The notes below the pieces were generated by a model. It did no database searches. It was not told the DNA's origin and was given only the letters and a program-made list of their open reading frames with translations. DNA of 64,000 nucleotides from an uncultured bacterium (GTDB lineage Bacteria; Acidobacteriota; Thermoanaerobaculia; Multivoradales; JAHZIX01), in NCBI GenBank assembly GCA_965368975.1, contig CBDUPA010000013.1:32001-96000 (forward strand), read 5' to 3'. Each line of letters opens with the position of its first letter. Positions within the stretch are counted from its first letter, which is position 1. A program made the translations under genes and the position numbers. This document shows, one piece after another, positions 36,459 to 45,278 of the stretch.

Positions 36459-37538
36459 TCAAAAGAACGGCTCAACCTCAACGCGCGGCCCGTCGCCGAC
36501 GCGGTCGCGGAGGACCTGGTGCACGCCATCGACCCGTGCCAGCGTGGTGGTGACGCGCTCGCTTTCGGCCTGGGCGCAGATCACGTGGACGTTGGCGCCG
36601 GCATCCATCGTGCTCCAGGCCGAGCAGCCATCCTCGCGCAGCTGACGCACGGCCGCCAGGACGGCAAGCGTGGCCGGCTGCCAGTAGAAGATCGGCGGCT
36701 GGCTGGACATGGCGATCAAGTGCAGCTCGATCGCGTCTTGCTCCAGGAGCGGCCCGAGACGGTCCAGGTCGCGCGCCAACACCGCCGAGCGCACCGCTTC
36801 CAGCCGCGCCGGCAGCAAGGCCTGGCGCGCCGCGAAGTGCGGACTGCTGGCAGCGCGGCGGTGGCCGTCGAGCGAGGCGACAGCCTTGGGACCGGTCTCG
36901 ACCAGGGCAATGACGTCAGCCAAGTCCCAGTGTTGCGCTGGCGCCATCTGGCGCGCCACGCAAGTCGTCTCGGCATCTGCGGCATCGGCGGACCAGTCAG
37001 GCGGCGGCCACTCGACGAAGCCGCCGAGTACCGAGCGCGACGCCGACCCGGAACCACTGCGGCGAGCCAGCAGCGAGCGCGTGTCGGCGTCGGGATCGAG
37101 GCCGAGTGCGCCGCACGCGGCGAGTGTCAGAGCGGCGAAGCCGGAAGCCGAGGAGGCCAGGCCCGCGGCGGCCGGAAAGCTGTTGCGCGTCACGACCCGC
37201 CAGTGTCCTTCGCTGGGGTGCCCCTGGGTACGTGCCCAGGCCCGCAGACGTTCCAGATGGTCGAGGGCTCGCTGGCGAAAGCGCGGGGGTGGCTCGAGCA
37301 CTTGACTGCCGCGAGCTTCCTCGACAGCCAAGTGGATCGTCGACTTCCCCGGGCCGGGCACGAGCTCTACCGTGCAGCGACTGCGGCACACACTCAGCGT
37401 CATCGAGATCGAGCCGTTGCAGGGCAAGGCTCGTTCGAGATCGGTGGTTCCCCAATACTTGATGAAGGCGATGTTGGCCGGAGCCGAGACCGTGCACTTG
37501 CCAGGGCTGAAGCTTTCCGTGGAATCGAGAGACTGCAT
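36459..37538 (-). CDS. mvaD: (Di)phosphomevalonate decarboxylase (GHMP family)
   Basis: APANIAFIKYWG, NSFPAAAGLASSASGFAAL, RRSGSGSASRS, TMDAGANVH. Confidence 0.9.
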   Translation of the reverse strand: MQSLDSTESFSPGKCTVSAPANIAFIKYWGTTDLERALPCNGSISMTLSVCRSRCTVELVPGPGKSTIHLAVEEARGSQVLEPPPRFRQRALDHLERLRAWARTQGHPSEGHWRVVTRNSFPAAAGLASSASGFAALTLAACGALGLDPDADTRSLLARRSGSGSASRSVLGGFVEWPPPDWSADAADAETTCVARQMAPAQHWDLADVIALVETGPKAVASLDGHRRAASSPHFAARQALLPARLEAVRSAVLARDLDRLGPLLEQDAIELHLIAMSSQPPIFYWQPATLAVLAAVRQLREDGCSAWSTMDAGANVHVICAQAESERVTTTLARVDGVHQVLRDRVGDGPRVEVEPFF

Positions 37539-37584
37539 AGCTGATGCGCAGTCTACACCAGCAGCGAAAGCTGGGTACCCGACC

Positions 37585-38028
37585 TCAAGCCCCCGGATCC
37601 TCCTCCAGCCGATCCGCGATCGATGCCGGGATCGGCACCGTCTTCAAGCCCTCTGGCAGCCCCATCAGGCAGCATGCAGCGGCTGTGTGGCCGCGCGCCA
37701 GCAGGCGGCCGTCGCAGTGGATCTCCCAGGCGTAGGTCATTGACGTCCGGCCCTTGCGACGGATGCGCAAGTGCACGTCGAGAACATCCTCGAAGCGCGC
37801 CGGTGCCTTGAAGTCAGCCGACGACGCGAGCCGCGGCCAGCCGGCACGCTGGCCATCGACCTCAAACTCGACGCTGGTGCCGAGCGAGCGCAAGAAGGCG
37901 TGCTCGGCCTCCTCGGCGAAAACGAAGTAGCGAGAGAAATGCAGGATGCCACCCATGTCTGTGTCCGCGAACTCGACCCGACGCTGGTAGTGGAAGTCGC
38001 GGACCTTCGGTGCGGGTAATGGGCTCAC
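37585..38028 (-). CDS. Acyl-CoA thioesterase (hot-dog, 4HBT/YbgC family)
   Basis: RRVEFADTDMGGILHFSRYF..AEEAE; GTGA-coupled. Confidence 0.88.
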   Translation of the reverse strand: MSPLPAPKVRDFHYQRRVEFADTDMGGILHFSRYFVFAEEAEHAFLRSLGTSVEFEVDGQRAGWPRLASSADFKAPARFEDVLDVHLRIRRKGRTSMTYAWEIHCDGRLLARGHTAAACCLMGLPEGLKTVPIPASIADRLEEDPGA

Positions 38029-39362
38029 GCGGCCCTCCCTGCGGCTTGGGTCACCAGCTTCTCGTAGATGTCCAGCGTCCGTCGCGCCATCGCCTCGTCA
38101 CTGTGTTCCGTGTGCACGACCTTGCGTGCCCGCTCCCCCATGCTGTGACGGTGCTCGCGGCTGCGCATCAGCAACATCAACGCGGCAGCGACGGCGTCCG
38201 CGGATTCAGGTTCGACGAGCAGGCCGCCGCCGGTGCGTTCCAGCATCTCGGGGAAGACCCCGTGGTGAGGCACGACGACCGGGACGCCAGCGGCCTGTGC
38301 CTCGAGCAGACTCAATCCCTTGGATTCGCGGTAGACAGTGGGCACCGCCACCGCATCGACGCTGCGCAGGAGCGCCAACTTGCCCGCCCGGTCGACCTCA
38401 CCGAGCATCTCGACCTGCTCCGCCAACCCCCACTCCTGCAGTCGTGCCATCTGCTCGGCAGCGTAGGCCTGGTCCTTGGGCCCCAGGTACCCGGCGATGC
38501 GCAGGCGTACTCTCGACTTGCCAGCCTGTTCTGCCAGCTGACGGAAAGCCTCGACCAGGATGTGCAGGCCTTTCTCAGGACAGATGCGCGCCAGGAAGCC
38601 AATGGCGAATGGGGGCTCCTCCGCTGCCGCCTCGACAGTGGCGCGCGGCAAGGGCGTGCCGGGCGGGTCGAAGTCCTGCAACAAGAGACCGAAGGGAACG
38701 ATGTGAATGCGCTCGCGCTCGACGTGGAGGTAGTCGGCCATGAAATCGGCGTACTCGCTGCTGCCACAGAGGAAGGCGTCGGCATCGTGCACGCGCTCGT
38801 ACAGCACCTGGCGAGCGCGCGTCCGGTAGGGCTCGATGAGGTCGTCGAGGAAGATCTCCTCCCCCAACAGGGAGCACACGACCGGCACGCCGAGTTCCTG
38901 CTTGACGCGCCGTGCGACCCCGAGCAGCATCGAATTCTGCAGCTGCACGACGTCGGGCCGCAGATCGGAGCGCAGCCAGTCGACCAGGGCCTCTAGCTCA
39001 CTGGCGCTGTTGCCGTCTTCGCCTTCGAGCATGGTGACGGTCAGGCGACCGAGGTCGCGCGCGTCACTGCTGGCGCTGAAACGCGATACGTACTCGAGCA
39101 CCGAGCGGCGATCGAGCCAGCGGTGCAAGAAGCCGGGCAGACGCGCAAACCAGCGCGAGCGGCTCTGCAGATAGACGTTGACCGCCCCGAAAAACACGCG
39201 ATCCATGCTGACATTGGTCTCGTCGGTGCGCATCGGCGTGTAGAGCGGGATCAGCGCCGCATCGTGGCCGAGGCGTTGCAGCGCCGCCGCCAGGGTGTTG
39301 TCGTGGATACAGGCGCCGCACAGCATGCCGGCGGCACCCGCGGAGATCATGCCGACCTTCAT
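38025..39362 (-). CDS. Glycosyltransferase family 4 with N-terminal CxxCxxD motif
   Basis: GAAGMLCGACIHDN; ARICPEKGL; PTVYRESKGLSLLEAQAAGVPVV. Confidence 0.88.
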   Translation of the reverse strand: MKVGMISAGAAGMLCGACIHDNTLAAALQRLGHDAALIPLYTPMRTDETNVSMDRVFFGAVNVYLQSRSRWFARLPGFLHRWLDRRSVLEYVSRFSASSDARDLGRLTVTMLEGEDGNSASELEALVDWLRSDLRPDVVQLQNSMLLGVARRVKQELGVPVVCSLLGEEIFLDDLIEPYRTRARQVLYERVHDADAFLCGSSEYADFMADYLHVERERIHIVPFGLLLQDFDPPGTPLPRATVEAAAEEPPFAIGFLARICPEKGLHILVEAFRQLAEQAGKSRVRLRIAGYLGPKDQAYAAEQMARLQEWGLAEQVEMLGEVDRAGKLALLRSVDAVAVPTVYRESKGLSLLEAQAAGVPVVVPHHGVFPEMLERTGGGLLVEPESADAVAAALMLLMRSREHRHSMGERARKVVHTEHSDEAMARRTLDIYEKLVTQAAGRAA

Positions 39363-40846
39363 GTCGTGCTCCCGGCTCCCCGGGGAGCGAAGAAGCGCGC
39401 CACGTGTTCGCTCGACGGCGGGCGACTGGCCAACGAGACGACGATCAACACCAGAGCCGCGCTGAGCAGGATAATGGCCACGGGCATCACGCCGCTACCG
39501 GCCACCGTGTAGCCCGGCACCTGCCAACCGTGGACGAAGAAGAAGATCCACAGCACAATCACCGTCAACACCGCAGCGATGGCGCCGGCGCGCGTGCTGC
39601 GCCGCCAGTAGAGGGCGGCCACGACCAACGGCACCAGCGCCGCGAAGCCGGTGAAGGACCACACACCGAGCTTGAAGATCGACGCCGGCGACACCAGCGA
39701 CAGCAGGAAGGTCAGCGCCAGCAGGCCACCGACAAACCAGCGGCCGGTCCGCACCTGCGCGGCCTCACTCATTGTCTTGCCGCGAGCGTGCTGTACCGGA
39801 CGCACGACGTCCTGTGTGAACATCGTCGACAACGCCAACACCTGCGAGTCGAGCGACGACATGATGGCCGCGAAGACGCCCGCGGTGAGCAGACCGGCGA
39901 GCAGTTCCGGGGTGTGCAGACCGATCATGCGCACCAGCACCGAGCTGGCCTCCGGGCCCTGCAGCGCCGGAAAGTCGAGCTTGCCGAGCATGCCGATCAG
40001 GACACTGGGCACCCACACGATCACCAAACACAGCGGGTAGGCGATCATCGGCAGGCGAAAGCTGCGCGCGTCGCGGGCCGAGAGCCAGTGCAAGAAGATG
40101 TGCGGGAACATACCGACCGACAGCGGAATCAGCGTGTAGCTGAGGAGCTTTTGCCAGGGCATGCCGTCACCGCGCCGCAGCAACTCGGGTTCGACCGCCG
40201 CCAGGCGTCCCAGCGCCGCTTCCAGGCCACCAACTTGGCGCAGGATGAGGAAGAAAGTGACAGCGCCCAGCGTCATGAAGACCAGTGTCTGGAAGGTGTT
40301 GGCCCAGGCAGTGCCGCGCAGACCGCCATAGCTGACGTAGGTCAGGACAACGGCCGTGATGACCAGACTTCCCAACCACTGCGGCACCTCACCACCGGTG
40401 ATCTGCGCCACCGCGACGCCACCGCCGAGGACACCGATCAACAAGTATGGGATGACCAGGAGCACCAACACGGCGAACAGCAGCACGCCGAGGCCGCGGC
40501 TCTGGTAGCGCGCCTGGAAGAATTGCACTTGCGTCAGGTAGCCGTGCCGCTTCCCCACCGCCCACAGCCGGATGCCGACGAAGAAGAAGACCAGCGGCAC
40601 GACGATCGCCGATGCTGAGGCCATCAGCGCAAAGACGCCGACCCCCTGGCGGTAGGCCTCACCCGAGGCGCCGAGCAGTGAGAACGACGTCATGTGCGTA
40701 CCGAACAGGCTCATCAGCAGCACGAAGGGGCCAATCGTCCGCGTGGCGAGGAAGAAGTCCTCACCGGTACCTCGAAACAAACGATGGCTGAGCAAGCCGA
40801 TGCTCAAGACCAGCATGAGGTAGAGCACCAAGACTGCGATGATCAT
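39359..40846 (-). CDS. Sodium:solute symporter
   Basis: DFFLA.R.IG, YVSYGGLRGTAWANTFQ, FAAIMSSLDSQ, ALYWRR; about 13 TM. Confidence 0.92.
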   Translation of the reverse strand: MIIAVLVLYLMLVLSIGLLSHRLFRGTGEDFFLATRTIGPFVLLMSLFGTHMTSFSLLGASGEAYRQGVGVFALMASASAIVVPLVFFFVGIRLWAVGKRHGYLTQVQFFQARYQSRGLGVLLFAVLVLLVIPYLLIGVLGGGVAVAQITGGEVPQWLGSLVITAVVLTYVSYGGLRGTAWANTFQTLVFMTLGAVTFFLILRQVGGLEAALGRLAAVEPELLRRGDGMPWQKLLSYTLIPLSVGMFPHIFLHWLSARDARSFRLPMIAYPLCLVIVWVPSVLIGMLGKLDFPALQGPEASSVLVRMIGLHTPELLAGLLTAGVFAAIMSSLDSQVLALSTMFTQDVVRPVQHARGKTMSEAAQVRTGRWFVGGLLALTFLLSLVSPASIFKLGVWSFTGFAALVPLVVAALYWRRSTRAGAIAAVLTVIVLWIFFFVHGWQVPGYTVAGSGVMPVAIILLSAALVLIVVSLASRPPSSEHVARFFAPRGAGSTT

Positions 40847-41070
40847 GCCGCGGACTCCTCCTCGGAGACATTTTGCGGCCAGCCGACTCGCACTAGAAGA
40901 GCCATGACGCCGGCGACCAGGAAGCAGTAGCCAACGTGGTAGAGAAAGACCGCCGGTAGCCCGAGCCAGAGGCGGTCAGCGCCATCGACGGGCACCAGTC
41001 GCCACAACCAGGCGTCTTCGTGCAGCAGGTAGACGCTTGCCAACAGGAGTAGCAGAGGGAGCCGGCGCAT
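40843..41070 (-). CDS. Small 2-TM accessory protein of the SSS transporter (DUF3311-like)
   Basis: YLLHEDAWLW...LGLP..FLYH; ATGA-coupled directly upstream of the SSS gene. Confidence 0.75.
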   Translation of the reverse strand: MRRLPLLLLLASVYLLHEDAWLWRLVPVDGADRLWLGLPAVFLYHVGYCFLVAGVMALLVRVGWPQNVSEEESAA

Positions 41071-41087
41071 GGTTTCCAGCTGTTCTC

Positions 41088-42425
41088 TCAGACGCCGGCA
41101 CGCAGGTGTGCAGCGCCTTCCGTTACGTCCGCGGGGGCGCTGAGCGTGAAGGGTTCCAGGGCCCAGGCCCCTGGGATCTGCGTCATCTCGGCCATGTCCT
41201 CGAACATCCCGTCGAAATCATGATCGAAGACGCCGCCGAGCAGAATCTTGACGACATCGTCACGACGCTCGGGGAAGCGGCGCAGGAAGTCGGCAAAGCT
41301 GAAGTCCTTGTCGTAGAAGGCGTAGACTAGCTTGCGAAAAGCCTCCATGCCGCCCAGGAACTCCGCCTCGAAGGCGCCCAGCCGAGCGCCCGAGACATCG
41401 CCATCGGCGAGACCGGCGCAGATCGCGTCCGCCGCCATCTCACCGCTCTTGAGCGCCAGCAACACGCCGCTCGAGTAGAGCGGATCGATAAAGCCGTAGG
41501 CATCACCGACCAGTACCCAACCGTCGCCGGCCCGCTCACGGCTACGGTAGGTGAAGTCCCGCAGGACTTGCGCCGGGAACGCCTGGAAGGCCCCTTCAAG
41601 CCGCTCGGCCAGAGCTGGACACAACGCCACCTGCTCGTCGAAGACGTCCTGCGGCGGTCGCTTGTCGTCTGGCCGCACGAGGTATTCTAGCGGCGCGACC
41701 ACTCCAACACTGACCTGGTCCCCGGGCAGCGGGATGTACCAGAACCAGGAATCCTTGTCGCGCGTCTCCATCACCAGCGTGGCTCCCTCGTCGATACCAG
41801 GATCGCGCCGCGCAGCCTTGAAGTGGCTGAAGATGGCGGCGTTGCGCAGCTCCGGATCTTCCTGCCGCAGCCCGAAACGGCGTGCCAGCATGCCGCTCTG
41901 CCCGCTGGCGTCGACCACCACCGAGGCCATCAGATGCCGCGTCGATGTCGTGTCTCCATCCTGGGCAGCACCGCGGGCCGCCTTGACTTCGACGCCGACC
42001 GCGCGGTCGCCATCGAACAGCACATCGACAACCTTGACGCCGCGGTGGACCTCGGCACCCAGGCGGGCGGCGTTGTCGAGCAGCATCTGGTCGAACTCGG
42101 AACGCACCACCTGCCAGGTCTGCGGGTGCTCGAAGCCCTCGGCTTCTTCGAAGTAGAAGGGCGCCGAAGCCTTCTCCCCGCGGCTGAAGAACTGCACGCT
42201 GTACTTCTTGGTGAAGTGACTGGCTTGCAGCTGCTCGACCATGCCCAGCCGCTCCAACGTGTCATAGGTCGCCGGGATCAGCGACTCGCCGATCTTGAAG
42301 CGCGGCGAAGGGTCGCGCTCCAAGAGCAGCACACGCAGGCCTCGGTCGGCGATCAGAGCCGCTGCTGTGGCCCCCGCCGGGCCACCACCAACGACGATAA
42401 CGTCATAGCTGTCGGACTGGAACAT
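41088..42425 (-). CDS. Flavin-dependent halogenase-like oxidoreductase
   Basis: GGGPAG, RFKIGESL, FTKKYSVQF (Lys in the catalytic position), WFWYIP (WxWxIP), GDAYGFIDPLYSSGV. Confidence 0.85.
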   Translation of the reverse strand: MFQSDSYDVIVVGGGPAGATAAALIADRGLRVLLLERDPSPRFKIGESLIPATYDTLERLGMVEQLQASHFTKKYSVQFFSRGEKASAPFYFEEAEGFEHPQTWQVVRSEFDQMLLDNAARLGAEVHRGVKVVDVLFDGDRAVGVEVKAARGAAQDGDTTSTRHLMASVVVDASGQSGMLARRFGLRQEDPELRNAAIFSHFKAARRDPGIDEGATLVMETRDKDSWFWYIPLPGDQVSVGVVAPLEYLVRPDDKRPPQDVFDEQVALCPALAERLEGAFQAFPAQVLRDFTYRSRERAGDGWVLVGDAYGFIDPLYSSGVLLALKSGEMAADAICAGLADGDVSGARLGAFEAEFLGGMEAFRKLVYAFYDKDFSFADFLRRFPERRDDVVKILLGGVFDHDFDGMFEDMAEMTQIPGAWALEPFTLSAPADVTEGAAHLRAGV

Positions 42426-42458
42426 GGTCTCTCCTCGGGTTGCATCCGTGGACGGCGC

Positions 42459-43802
42459 TCAGCCGATCTGCAGGCTGACCAGGACTTCTTCGTCGCGCAC
42501 GAACAGGCGGTCACCGACCAGGGTCGGCATGGTCCAGGTCTTGCTGTCGAAGAGCTGCAGGCGATCCTGCTCCTTGTAGCCTTCGGGCGTTGCCTCGACT
42601 AGTACCAGCTGCCCCCGCTCGCCGAGCACGTAGAGGTAGCCGTCGGCATAGACCAAAGAGCCGTGACCCAGGCCACGTTCGGCCCACACTTGCTCCCCGT
42701 CAGAGACGCGGATGCACTTGAGCGTCTTGTTGTCGAAGCCGTAGAGGTGGTCACCGAGCAAGATCGAAGAGCTGAACTGATTGCGCATGCGCGGGTTGTT
42801 CCACACCTCACGAACGCTGAAGCCGTCCCCCTCGCCGCGCTGCAACTCGAGCAAGGCGGCACCGGTGCTGTAGCCGGAAGCCACGAACAGGCGGTTGGGA
42901 GCGATGAAGATCGGCGTCGCGGCATTGACGTCGTAGTCGGTACGCCAGTCGTGCTGCCACAGCACCCGACCATCGGCGGGCGCCACACCCACCACCTTGG
43001 CGGCCAAGAAGAAGACGATCTGCCGCACGCCATCGACCTCGATCGGCAGTGGTGCCGAGTAGCCGGCGCCATCGTCGCGACCGGCGGAGGTCGTCCACAC
43101 GGTCTCGCCCGTCTTCTTGTTCAGCGCCACGATCGAATTGCTGCCGGCGCCACCGACGTCGACCAGGAGCAGGTCGCCCTCGACCAGCGGCGCCATCGAG
43201 ATGCCCCAGGTCGGAATGCGCGCGCCGAAGGTCTTGATCAGGTCGACGTGCCAGCGCTCCTCCCCATCTTGGACGCCCAGGGCATAGAGTTGCCCCTGGG
43301 CACCCAATGCGTAGACCGTGTCACCGTCGATCGTCGGGGTCGAGCGCGGCCCGTCGCCGAATTGGTTGCGGAACACGGCATCCAAGCGCTGCTCCCACAC
43401 GCGCTCGCCCGAAGCGGTGTCGAAGGCGCCCGCGAACTCACCATCACCGCGACTGTAGAGCGTGAAGAGCCGTCCCTGGGCGATCGACAGCCCCGAGTAG
43501 CCGCCACCGACCTCGGTGCGCCACAGCATCTTCGGACCGGCGTCCGGCCAATCATGCAGCAAACCCGTGGCTGGCGACTTGCCGTCTCGCTGCGGCCCGC
43601 GGTACTCCGGCCAACTGCCCTCGACGGGCGTCGGTGCGGTGCTGGTGCCGGTATCGGCTGTCGGTAGGGCATCGGCCTGCGAGGCCGTGCCATTGCAGGC
43701 GACCAGCAGGGCGGCGGACGCAAGCACGAGCAGCATCACGGCGACCAGAGGCTGGGTGCGAAGGCGAGAGCGAAGGGATGAAGAGCGGCGGTCGGGCATC
43801 AT
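42459..43802 (-). CDS. PQQ-like beta-propeller lipoprotein
   Basis: Lipobox LVAC; WPEYRGP.RDG; GPRSTP; repeated A...TG...W blades. Confidence 0.85.
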   Translation of the reverse strand: MMPDRRSSSLRSRLRTQPLVAVMLLVLASAALLVACNGTASQADALPTADTGTSTAPTPVEGSWPEYRGPQRDGKSPATGLLHDWPDAGPKMLWRTEVGGGYSGLSIAQGRLFTLYSRGDGEFAGAFDTASGERVWEQRLDAVFRNQFGDGPRSTPTIDGDTVYALGAQGQLYALGVQDGEERWHVDLIKTFGARIPTWGISMAPLVEGDLLLVDVGGAGSNSIVALNKKTGETVWTTSAGRDDGAGYSAPLPIEVDGVRQIVFFLAAKVVGVAPADGRVLWQHDWRTDYDVNAATPIFIAPNRLFVASGYSTGAALLELQRGEGDGFSVREVWNNPRMRNQFSSSILLGDHLYGFDNKTLKCIRVSDGEQVWAERGLGHGSLVYADGYLYVLGERGQLVLVEATPEGYKEQDRLQLFDSKTWTMPTLVGDRLFVRDEEVLVSLQIG

Positions 43803-43808
43803 GTTCTC

Positions 43809-45278
43809 CTAAAGTCCGTCCGGTGCATCGGGGGGGAGGGTCCCGGCGGCTCCGGGATGGGCTTCTCCGCTACCCTTCGACGCGCGACCGGTTTCGGGTT
43901 CAACTTCGGCGTCACAGAGACAATCTTGCGCTGCCTCGGTGGCACCCGGCGGGGCGGTTCCAGTGACCGCCGCCAGCTTGCGCAGTGCCGACGAGCGCAG
44001 GTCCAAGCGTACCAGTTCCCCGTGAGTGCTCGACGCTCCACGGCTCGCTGCGCTCGCGGCAGTACCGCGCAGGTAGAGGAATCCATCGGCGAGCGCTGGC
44101 AAGGCCCAGGTCTTCCCCTCGAAGACTTGCAGACGCCCGAGTTCACGGTATGCCTCCGGCGTCGCTTCGGCCAGCACGAGCGTGCCTTTCTCGCCGTAGA
44201 GCAGCAGCCTGCCGTCGGCGAGGAGCACCGAGCCCTTGCCGAGGGCGGGCCTCGCGTCGCGGCCGCGGCCCCGATCCGCCCAGCGCGTCGCACCGCTAAC
44301 GGCGTCCAGGCACTTGAGGGTGCCATCGTCGAAGCCATACAGGTGGCCGTCGTGATAGATGGCCGAATGGAAGTGCGTCTTGATGTCGCGGCTCCGCCAC
44401 AGAGCCTGCGCACTCGGCTGACCGTCCGTGGCCGTCACTTGCAGCAGCGCCCCGCCGACGTCGTAACTGGCCGCAACAAAGACACGGTCGTTCGGCAGCA
44501 CCAAGGGGGTAGCGATGTTGGTGCCGTAGAAGGTATCCCACGGATCGTGCCAGTAGCGCGTGCCGCTTTCCGGGTCGATGCTCGTCAGACCGGCGGCGTG
44601 GAAGAAGAGCACCTGCCGAACCCCAGCCAATTCAGCGATCACCGGAGCCGCATAGCCGGCGCCACCGGTGCCATCGCGCCACAGCAAGCTGCCGGTTGTA
44701 CGCTCGAAAGCGGCAAAGGTGCCCGTGTCTCCACCGACCTCGACGATCACCTTGCCTCCCGCCGGATCACGGACAACCAGGGGCGAGCCGGAATAGCCGA
44801 AGTGCGGTCCCTTGCCGCCGTACTCGGCGACCAGATCGTGCCGCCAACGCTCCACGCCCTCGACCGCATCGGCCGCCACCAGCACGCCGGTTCCACTGAG
44901 AGCGAAGACCATGCCGTCGTCGACGGTCGGCGTCGCGCGCGGACCGTCGCCCTGGTCGTTGCGCAGGACAGGGCTCATGCGCAGGCGCCAGACGCGGGCC
45001 CCGTCTTCGGCGCGCAGGCAGGTCAGGTACTCGTGTCGATCGTCGGCTTCCTGCGTATAGAGCAGCCCACCGACCACCGCGACGCTCGAATAGCCGGCAC
45101 CGAGCGGTACGCGCCAGAGCTCCGGTGGTCCCTCGGCAGGCCAGGTCGTGAGCAGGCCGTCTTCGGTCGAGATTCCGTCGCGGTTGGGGCCCTGGTATTG
45201 CGGCCAATCGGCGGCCAGGAGGAAAGGGAGCAGGACGCTGAGGAACCCTGCAAGAGCCAACCTTCCTATGCCTCTCAC
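43809..45278 (-). CDS. PQQ-like beta-propeller protein, secreted
   Basis: Signal peptide then ADWPQYQGPNRDG; GPRATP; paralogous to the neighbouring gene. Confidence 0.85.
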   Translation of the reverse strand: MRGIGRLALAGFLSVLLPFLLAADWPQYQGPNRDGISTEDGLLTTWPAEGPPELWRVPLGAGYSSVAVVGGLLYTQEADDRHEYLTCLRAEDGARVWRLRMSPVLRNDQGDGPRATPTVDDGMVFALSGTGVLVAADAVEGVERWRHDLVAEYGGKGPHFGYSGSPLVVRDPAGGKVIVEVGGDTGTFAAFERTTGSLLWRDGTGGAGYAAPVIAELAGVRQVLFFHAAGLTSIDPESGTRYWHDPWDTFYGTNIATPLVLPNDRVFVAASYDVGGALLQVTATDGQPSAQALWRSRDIKTHFHSAIYHDGHLYGFDDGTLKCLDAVSGATRWADRGRGRDARPALGKGSVLLADGRLLLYGEKGTLVLAEATPEAYRELGRLQVFEGKTWALPALADGFLYLRGTAASAASRGASSTHGELVRLDLRSSALRKLAAVTGTAPPGATEAAQDCLCDAEVEPETGRASKGSGEAHPGAAGTLPPDAPDGL

